Of a DNA stretch of 64,000 nt, positions 57,651-64,000 are shown one piece after another. Each line of letters begins with the position of its first letter. The first letter of the stretch is position 1. The stretch is from an uncultured Actinomycetales bacterium (GTDB lineage: Bacteria > Actinomycetota > Actinomycetes > S36-B12). Both the position numbers and the translations under genes were made by a program. The stretch lies in NCBI GenBank assembly GCA_913063435.1, contig CAJXYI010000001.1, positions 77,246 to 141,245 of the forward strand, read 5' to 3'. Below the pieces are notes generated by a model that was given only the letters and a program-made list of their open reading frames with translations, made no database searches and was not told the origin of the DNA.

Positions 57651-59875
57651 TACAGCGGTCGAGATGCAGACCCTGGTTGCACATCTTCGACGAGCAGGGT
57701 GGCCCAGGCATCGCAGACATCGGTGAGTGGGAAGCTCGCTGTGACTTCGGCGTAGGCCTGCTCAGCCTGTTCCTGCCAGGAACCGCCATGCACCGTATCC
57801 AGGATGGAATCGGCCATGGACTCGACGTCGGAATGGATCCATCGTGGTGAGTAGATCGTGTCGGCTCCCGGCCACGGCAGGATCGCCGGAACAGCACGCG
57901 ATGCCATTCCTTCTGCAGGTGCGAGGTGGAAACTTTCATCCTCGGAGGTGGACAGCACCCAGCCGACTCGCCGCAACCATGCGGCGACGTCTCCACCGAA
58001 ACCATCGAAGGAGACCGCACCGTAGACGGTCGGGTCGTCACGGAGTCGATCCATGAGTTCCTCGGTGGCTAGGCGCTCCTCCGGCTTGCGCCAGATCCAC
58101 CAGTAATCCCACGGTAGTTTCGACTTGACCGCCATCCGGAACCGCTGGTCGTACCGTCGCAGCCTCGACAGGACCTCGACGCCGAGGTCCGGGCGTTTGC
58201 GATGGGGGGAGATGCCGATCATGCCGAGGGTGAAGGCGGCACCGGGGAGCTTGGGGCGATCGAATTGCTCGACATCGACCCAGTTGGGTACCACCACGAT
58301 CCGATCGACCGGCCACCCTGTCTGTTCAGCCGTCAACGTCGCGTAGTACGGGCTCACGCACACAACTTGGTCGACCGCGTCGATATCGATATCAGACAGC
58401 CACCCCGCTCCCAACTCGAAGCGATGCAGGCGAACGATCAGACGCTGATCCGGGCGCTTGTGTCGGGAATACCACACCGCGTTGGGCCCGGCCCATTCGC
58501 AGACGACGACATCGGCCCATTCGACGATGTCGAGGCTGGCCTGCTCATCATGTTCGGCGAGTGATTGCCAATCATCTCGGCGAACCTCGACATCGGGTAG
58601 ACCATCGAGATGCTCGAGTATGCGGGTGAAGAACTTCAAGTCGTGGCTGGCAACAGCGATCCGGAGGGGGCGCGCGGAGGTGCGCTGTGCGACGGCTCCG
58701 GGGGCTTCGGGTAGCGCACGTGCCAGCGCGCCGCGCATGCGCTCAATCGCGGCATCCATGGTGAACGGCTGCGTCGCCCGCTGGGTGTGCGCCCCAACCC
58801 GGTCGAGAAAATCGGCAAGGTCAGAAGAGTCAACCGACTGCACGATCTCATCGACCGATGAAACATAGAACGGGTAGTTCGAGCCGAGAATCCGCTCATG
58901 CATCGCAGTTCTGTTGAGTAGCACAGGGACGCCGAGACGCCCGAATTCCAGAACCTTGGTGGATAGTTCCAAACTCGAATCCATGCTGCGGTCGCGCCAC
59001 GACAGACCCAGGTCGGCTGTTGCCGACAGTTGCATGGCGTCTTTTCTCGGGAGGCCGCCGTGCCAGATGACACCGTCGGTGGTGCGCAGTGCCTCCCGCA
59101 TCTGATCCGCCCAACCGGGCCGATCGGGTTCGTCGTGCACTTTGTCACCGACCATGTGCACCTCGGCGGTGATGCCCGCCGACCGCAGGGCTTCGGGCAG
59201 GCGCGTCATCTCGAGGGTGTTCCAGGTCGCGGCGAATTTTCCGGTATACACGAGCCGCAAGGGTCGCTGCGGGCTTCCGGGTCGACCTGGCGTTCGGGGA
59301 TGTGGATCGAAGCCGGGGTCGGGGACGATGGGCGGCCACAGGATGCTGCGACCGGCCGCTGCGGGGCACAGCGCTTCGAGGTAGCAGCGCAATTCCTCGG
59401 TCTGGCACAGCATGTATCTACTCGCCCCGGCGATGTCATCGAGATTGGTCAAGGTCGCCTCGGTGACCTGGTCGACCGATTGCGGAATATCGGTCAGGTA
59501 ACTCCACAACCGACCGGCGAGCTGCGCGTTTCTGGCTGCAGCAGCCGTCAGACGCAATCCGCGCACGACGATCAGATCGGCGTGCTGGCGGGTGTCGAGT
59601 TCGGTCAGCAGTCGTACGGCCTCGGATGCGATGAGTGGCTCATCCGTGGTCGTAAGACCCTCGGCGAAGGGGTCGATCACGGTGACGTGCGACATCGACC
59701 GCAGCGGGGCCACGAGCCGGTCGGTTGTTACCGGGGCCTTCAACAGCACACGGACCGACGCACCCGCGCGCGACAGTGCCTCGCACATGGACTGAACCCA
59801 GATCGCAGATCCGTCGAGGATGTTGAGGTTGACATCTCCGTAGACGATCGCCTGCGGGCGGCTGCGGGTGTTCAT
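57629..59875 (-). CDS. 748-aa protein with two tandem GT-B (GT4/GT1-like) glycosyltransferase modules
   Basis: Module 1 covers roughly aa 8-345, with SLELSTKVLEFGRLGVPVLLN at aa 301-321. Module 2 covers roughly aa 403-700, with EDESFHLAPAEGMASRAVPAI at aa 645-665 (E-x7-E-type nucleotide-sugar motif). ATGA overlap with the upstream gene. Confidence 0.6.
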   Translation of the reverse strand: MNTRSRPQAIVYGDVNLNILDGSAIWVQSMCEALSRAGASVRVLLKAPVTTDRLVAPLRSMSHVTVIDPFAEGLTTTDEPLIASEAVRLLTELDTRQHADLIVVRGLRLTAAAARNAQLAGRLWSYLTDIPQSVDQVTEATLTNLDDIAGASRYMLCQTEELRCYLEALCPAAAGRSILWPPIVPDPGFDPHPRTPGRPGSPQRPLRLVYTGKFAATWNTLEMTRLPEALRSAGITAEVHMVGDKVHDEPDRPGWADQMREALRTTDGVIWHGGLPRKDAMQLSATADLGLSWRDRSMDSSLELSTKVLEFGRLGVPVLLNRTAMHERILGSNYPFYVSSVDEIVQSVDSSDLADFLDRVGAHTQRATQPFTMDAAIERMRGALARALPEAPGAVAQRTSARPLRIAVASHDLKFFTRILEHLDGLPDVEVRRDDWQSLAEHDEQASLDIVEWADVVVCEWAGPNAVWYSRHKRPDQRLIVRLHRFELGAGWLSDIDIDAVDQVVCVSPYYATLTAEQTGWPVDRIVVVPNWVDVEQFDRPKLPGAAFTLGMIGISPHRKRPDLGVEVLSRLRRYDQRFRMAVKSKLPWDYWWIWRKPEERLATEELMDRLRDDPTVYGAVSFDGFGGDVAAWLRRVGWVLSTSEDESFHLAPAEGMASRAVPAILPWPGADTIYSPRWIHSDVESMADSILDTVHGGSWQEQAEQAYAEVTASFPLTDVCDAWATLLVEDVQPGSASRPLYQSKTAR

Positions 59876-61788
59876 GTCCTCGCTCCGGGATGATCGACGA
59901 TGATCGTGGGGGAGGCCTCGCCGCTGAGAGCTCGCTGTCGATCAGTGATGCGAAGCGCCCACGCAGCGCCGGAATCGATGGTGCCCTGCTGGATCGCCCG
60001 CTTGATCTCGACCTGCCCGGGTGAATCGGCGATCTCGTAGGCGATCACGGCGTCCGTCAGGTCCTGCAGCGAGATGGTGGTGCCAGACACTCCGACATCG
60101 ACCGCGGCATCGATATCGCCGATGATCTCCAGCAGGAGGTGGCTGCTGCACGCCTGGGCCGCACGGGCTCGGAGCGTGATGGAATCGATATCGGTGGAGA
60201 TGCCGAAAACCGGGATCGACGTCGATCCGCGACCCGCGAGTACCGTTCGGAAGAGGTCGACCTGCGAGCGTTCGCAGACGATCTCGCGAATAGGGCTGCG
60301 ATCGGAGGTCGCCAGTTCGGCGATCACCTCGATGGTTCGGTGATCGGCAGGCTGCGCGGACATGATGATCGCGACATGGCGATGCGATAGCGGTTGGGCT
60401 CCCAGACCCAGTCGGGTCACGGCGTCGTCCCAGGCGACGCACGCGCTGGCGCGCTCGAAGATCGCGCGCCACACCGACCACCGCGCATGCAGATCGATTC
60501 GGGGCGCCTGGAGTGCCTCGTCGAGTGCGTGCAATGCGGAACTGGTATCGCCTGCGAGATACGGAAACCACCCGACCTGCCGGGTATCTGCCTGAGCGGA
60601 GAGTCCCAGGATCGACCGCAGATCGCGGTCCTCTGGCCCGACGAGTCGACGCCCGGATGCCAGGGCGAGAAGAGCCAGGAGCGGCCCGCCGACGATGTCA
60701 TGTGACTGGTCGGCGGCAAGTGCCACCACCGTGCTGGATCTGACGGCAGCCTCGATCGCCGTGATCGGCGGCGCGGTCATGTCGATGCGCCGAAGGGGGA
60801 TGCCGTCTTCGGCGAGTCGATGGGTCCATCCCCGAGCCGGTGAGGTGTCGTCCGAACCGGATTCGGTGTCATCTGCGATCGGTAGGAGAGGATCTCGCAC
60901 GTCGGCGATGAGAACACCGGTGTCATGTGAGGTATCGGATTCACCCGGTGTCAGGGTCCGGACGAGGGATGGCTCCACACGCATGATGCTGCCGAGAGCG
61001 AGTCCTGGTTGCCAGGCTTTCGTCGGACGGGAACCCGGCAGGTCGACGACGAGATCGCAGGATGCGGCTATGGCATCGAAGCCTGCGCCATCGTGGCGCG
61101 AGCGCAGCAGCATGATCGGGCGACCGAGACCTTTCGCCGACGTGATGAGTTCCCGGGCGGCCAGAGCGCGATCCGTGGCAGCAGGATCACCGAGATGCGA
61201 CCACGTCCCGAACGGTCCGGCCGCAGCCGTGTCGATGACGACCACATCCGGGTCCACATCCCGAATGAGTGCTCCTGCGTCGTGGGGGAGCACATGGGTG
61301 ATGGCGACCACGTCACCCCACTGCGTGGCCGTCAACGGATCGAGGGCACCGGCGACGGCAAGGGGTCTGCTCGGCTGCTCGGCGATTCTCGGGAGGAGCA
61401 ATCGGGCTGCTATCTCATCGGTGTAGTCGCTGCGTCGGGCGCGTCCCAGTCCCGTTTCGCCGGTGGCGGCTTCAGGCTGCGTGCGACGATGGCCCCTGAG
61501 TCGATAGAGCCTGATCAGATCCCGAGGCAGCAATAGCAGGCGTTTGGGGTGGCGCGCAGCCTTGACGAGCAGGTCCCCGACCTGGAACTTGGTCGAACTT
61601 CGTACTCGTGTCGCATCGGCCTCTGCGCGCTGAGCCCGGGTGAGCGTCTGTCGGATCTCGCTGCGTAGGCGCGCGTTCTCGCCGGCTAGTTTCGCCAGAC
61701 GCTCGGTGTCGGGAGGTTCAGCCGGACCGGTTTCGCCATAGTCGACCGGGGTGGGATCCGGTGTCGCTGGAGAGGACATCGTCGTCAT
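59872..61788 (-). CDS. 638-aa uncharacterized protein: N-terminal coiled-coil region plus a CgeB/DUF3880-like region; function unknown
   Basis: ORF-track 661 aa trimmed to ATG 61788 (ATGA overlap with the wecB stop). ENARLRSEIRQTLTRAQRAEADATRV is followed by KFQVGDLLVKAARHPKRLLLLPRDLIRLYRL. The middle region DPDVVVIDTAAAGPFGTW...GRPIMLL...CDLVVD loosely follows the CgeB-type N-domain pattern (recalled). Confidence 0.45.
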   Translation of the reverse strand: MTTMSSPATPDPTPVDYGETGPAEPPDTERLAKLAGENARLRSEIRQTLTRAQRAEADATRVRSSTKFQVGDLLVKAARHPKRLLLLPRDLIRLYRLRGHRRTQPEAATGETGLGRARRSDYTDEIAARLLLPRIAEQPSRPLAVAGALDPLTATQWGDVVAITHVLPHDAGALIRDVDPDVVVIDTAAAGPFGTWSHLGDPAATDRALAARELITSAKGLGRPIMLLRSRHDGAGFDAIAASCDLVVDLPGSRPTKAWQPGLALGSIMRVEPSLVRTLTPGESDTSHDTGVLIADVRDPLLPIADDTESGSDDTSPARGWTHRLAEDGIPLRRIDMTAPPITAIEAAVRSSTVVALAADQSHDIVGGPLLALLALASGRRLVGPEDRDLRSILGLSAQADTRQVGWFPYLAGDTSSALHALDEALQAPRIDLHARWSVWRAIFERASACVAWDDAVTRLGLGAQPLSHRHVAIIMSAQPADHRTIEVIAELATSDRSPIREIVCERSQVDLFRTVLAGRGSTSIPVFGISTDIDSITLRARAAQACSSHLLLEIIGDIDAAVDVGVSGTTISLQDLTDAVIAYEIADSPGQVEIKRAIQQGTIDSGAAWALRITDRQRALSGEASPTIIVDHPGART

Positions 61789-62891
61789 CGGGCCGAGCGG
61801 TCGTCGAGCCAATCCACGAGCACGGTGGCGATGCGCGCACCTGCCTGACCGTCCCACAGTGGCGGCACGACGGTAGGGGCCGCAGTGCGGTCCGAGCGTG
61901 CTCTGCGAGCCGCCACCTCCGCGGCGAGTTCGGCAACGATGGAACGCGTGGTGACCAGGCGGTTGGTGCCATGCGTGATCGTGACCGGTCGTTCAGTGTT
62001 CGGGCGCAGAGTCAGGCATGGAACCCCCAGCACGGTCGTCTCCTCCTGGACGCCACCTGAGTCGGTGATGACCGCGAGCGCACCGCTCACCAATGACATG
62101 AAGTCGAGGTACCCGAGCGGTTCGACGACATGAACCCTCGGGTGGTCACCGATCCCCAACGCTTCGAGGATCGCCCGACCCCGCGGATGGAGCGGGAGCA
62201 CGATGTCTGCCAAAGCAGCTGCGCCGTGCACCACGGCCACGAGTTCGGCTGCGGTCTCGGGATCGTCGACGTTGCCTGGGCGGTGCAAGGTCGCCACCAG
62301 GTAGTCCTCCGGCAGTGCCAATCGCGCACGGGCAGCGGCACTATCGAGTCGATCTCGGTGCGAGAGGAGGCTGTCGATCATCGGGTTGCCCACGAAGTGA
62401 ATGCGTTCGGAAGGGATTCCCTCGTCGGCGAGATGAGCGATCGCATCCGGGCTGGTGACGAAAAGCAGATCCGATAGTGCGTCGGTGACCTTTCGGTTGA
62501 CCTCCTCGGGCATCGACATGTCGAAACTGCGCAGGCCGGCTTCGACGTGAGCGACAGGCACACCCAGTTTCGCTGCGACGATCGCCGCTGCCATCGTGGA
62601 ATTCACGTCACCGTAGACGATGACGAGATCAGGGCGGGTAGCCAGAATCTCGGCCTCGAGGCCGATGAGAAGGGCCGCCGTCTGCTGCGCGTGACTGCCC
62701 GAACCCACTCCGAGGTTGACGTCGGGTCGGGGCAGGTTGAGTTCGCGGAAGAACACCTCTGACAGGCGATCGTCGTAATGCTGACCGGTGTGCACCAATC
62801 GCTGAGACACCCCGAGTTCGGCGAGGCGCGCGATCACGGGGGCCGCTTTCGGGAAGTTCGGCCGTGCACCGGTCACATGGAGGAGAGTCAT
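61785..62891 (-). CDS. wecB: UDP-N-acetylglucosamine 2-epimerase (non-hydrolysing)
   Basis: ORF-track 525 aa trimmed to ATG 62891 (MTLLHVTGARPNFPKAAPV...). HTGQHYD, VYGDVNST, HVEAGLRS, DSGGVQEE. Confidence 0.88.
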   Translation of the reverse strand: MTLLHVTGARPNFPKAAPVIARLAELGVSQRLVHTGQHYDDRLSEVFFRELNLPRPDVNLGVGSGSHAQQTAALLIGLEAEILATRPDLVIVYGDVNSTMAAAIVAAKLGVPVAHVEAGLRSFDMSMPEEVNRKVTDALSDLLFVTSPDAIAHLADEGIPSERIHFVGNPMIDSLLSHRDRLDSAAARARLALPEDYLVATLHRPGNVDDPETAAELVAVVHGAAALADIVLPLHPRGRAILEALGIGDHPRVHVVEPLGYLDFMSLVSGALAVITDSGGVQEETTVLGVPCLTLRPNTERPVTITHGTNRLVTTRSIVAELAAEVAARRARSDRTAAPTVVPPLWDGQAGARIATVLVDWLDDRSAR

Positions 62892-62996
62892 CGCGCTTAC
62901 TATCGCAGAAGTCATCATCGGTTCGGCACACTGCTGTGGGACACGGTGGGCCTGTCGGACACGGCGGGCCCACGGGATGCGGCGGAAGGAGCAGGC

Positions 62997-64000
62997 ATGG
63001 CCTTCGGTCGGTCCGACGACTCCGCAATCGCCCTCTCCGGGCTCGGCCGGATCGTGACCCGGATCCCGCTCATGATCAGCGGCGGTGTCCGTCGAATCGC
63101 TGAGGATCCGTGGCGTGGATGGGCGGCAGCAACCCGTGCCGCCCCGTGGCTGCTTCGTGGGCCTCGGTCCCGCGGCCGCCGGCCATCGAGCGATCTCACC
63201 GAAGTCCTTCGGGGGGTTGCCGAGGATCGACTCGATGACGCACGAGTTGCGGCGAGGCGGATCGACGATCCGTCCGACCGAAGAGTCGCACAGTTGGCCA
63301 TCGCTCGAAGCGAGGGCGACATCGTCGACGTCGCGGCGTCGCGTGCGCAGACTGGTCGACAAAGACGCCAGGTCCGCGCAGCGCGGCGCGAGTTGGCGCT
63401 GTGGTCGTCTGCCCTACCGACTTGGGCTGCCCGGCATCGGCCACCGGCCCCGGTCGAGACCCACGGGCGGATCGACCAGGTGACGGCCTCGGATTCGCAT
63501 CTTCGTGTGCTGCATGTCGTCACCAACTCCCTGCCGAGAGTCCAGGCGGGATCGACGATTCGTACCCATCGGATCGCGACGGCGCAGCAGGAACGCGGTT
63601 GGCGCGTCGCCGTGGCCACCCGACCAGGCTTTCCGGTGTTCCACGGTGATCTGCAGGCCCGACGTGATCGGCACTATGACGGCGTCGATTACCTATCCCT
63701 TCTGCCGAGGGTCATGCCTCCTGCCGAACGCATCTTCGCAACCTATGCCGAGCTCCTGGGCGAAGCGGTTGATCGCTGGCAGCCGCAGGTGTTGCATGCC
63801 GCGTCCGATCATGTCAACGCCCGGGCTGCGCTGGAGGTGGGGCGTCGGCGTGACCTACCGGTGGCCTACGAAGCCCGCACGCTGCCCGAGGAGAGTTGGT
63901 TGTCGCGCCACGGTGGCGAGTCGGCACGCGGGAGTTCCACCTTCGCGCTGATGCACCGTCGGCACGGGGAGGTTCTGCGTGCCGCCGATGTCGTCACCAC
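62997..64000 (+). CDS. GT4-family glycosyltransferase with a ~170-aa N-terminal extension (partial; continues beyond the right edge)
   Basis: Absent from the ORF track because there is no stop in the window. This frame is open from at least 62877 to 64000. ATG 62997 is preceded by GGAAGGAG 5 nt upstream. From 63507 it reads VLHVVTNSLPRVQAGSTIRTHRIATAQQERGW..., a typical GT4 N-terminal Rossmann start. Alternative starts are GTG 63480 and GTG 63507. Confidence 0.55.
   Translation, partial: MAFGRSDDSAIALSGLGRIVTRIPLMISGGVRRIAEDPWRGWAAATRAAPWLLRGPRSRGRRPSSDLTEVLRGVAEDRLDDARVAARRIDDPSDRRVAQLAIARSEGDIVDVAASRAQTGRQRRQVRAARRELALWSSALPTWAARHRPPAPVETHGRIDQVTASDSHLRVLHVVTNSLPRVQAGSTIRTHRIATAQQERGWRVAVATRPGFPVFHGDLQARRDRHYDGVDYLSLLPRVMPPAERIFATYAELLGEAVDRWQPQVLHAASDHVNARAALEVGRRRDLPVAYEARTLPEESWLSRHGGESARGSSTFALMHRRHGEVLRAADVVT

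Noticed and set aside
63505-63951. ORF-track 148-aa ORF (MCCMSSPTPCRESRR...).
   Set aside because: This is the wrong frame. The frame starting two bases downstream (63507) encodes a textbook GT4 N-terminus and runs off the window.
1-64000. A search for tRNA/rRNA genes, transposases, integrases, prophage genes and cas genes.
   Set aside because: None were recognised by eye in any intergenic region or ORF. A proper tRNAscan/Infernal/HMM run would be needed to exclude small RNAs.

Overview
This is a high-GC actinobacterial chromosomal segment; the taxon cannot be fixed from sequence alone. All homology calls come from reading motifs by eye, with no database search. About 60 protein genes are densely packed, and many are joined by 4-nt ATGA/GTGA start-stop overlaps. 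I saw no rRNA, tRNA, CRISPR array, transposase or integrase.

Core content, left to right:
- DnaQ-like exonuclease (partial, left edge), two tiny Cys-rich proteins and a GT87-like membrane glycosyltransferase.
- NarL/LuxR-type two-component pair and FadD-type acyl-CoA ligase.
- Two SRPBCC proteins, ROK glucokinase, alpha/beta hydrolase, PlsC, GlpK, PfkA, class II DAHP synthase and a PASTA Ser/Thr kinase.
- MetF, a CPA1 antiporter, an AI-2E transporter and a six-gene Mrp antiporter.
- MFS transporter, GabT, dxr-rseP-ispG, GNAT, ProS, HAD hydrolase and a TauE-family protein.
- rimP-nusA-ylxR-infB-rbfA-truB.

From memory, the order fadD / SRPBCC / plsC / aroG / pknL / GT-C / GGPP synthase / metF resembles M. 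tuberculosis Rv2187-Rv2172c. This needs checking.

Accessory or unusual content:
1. A C40 carotenoid pathway split into two loci. The first is crtYc-crtYd plus crtE-crtI-[GT-C]-crtB. The second is cruF-like / GT2 / crtD-like.
2. A 17-bp x5 tandem array abutting a 31-bp perfect inverted repeat.
3. A small nucleotidyltransferase cassette bracketed by a duplicated ybaK 3' end.
4. A translationally coupled glycan locus directly after truB: wecB, a 638-aa CgeB-like protein, a 748-aa double GT-B protein and a divergent GT4.

Two edge genes (1-427 minus strand, 62997-64000 plus strand) are absent from the ORF track because they run off the window. Several ORF-track calls were trimmed to internal starts.
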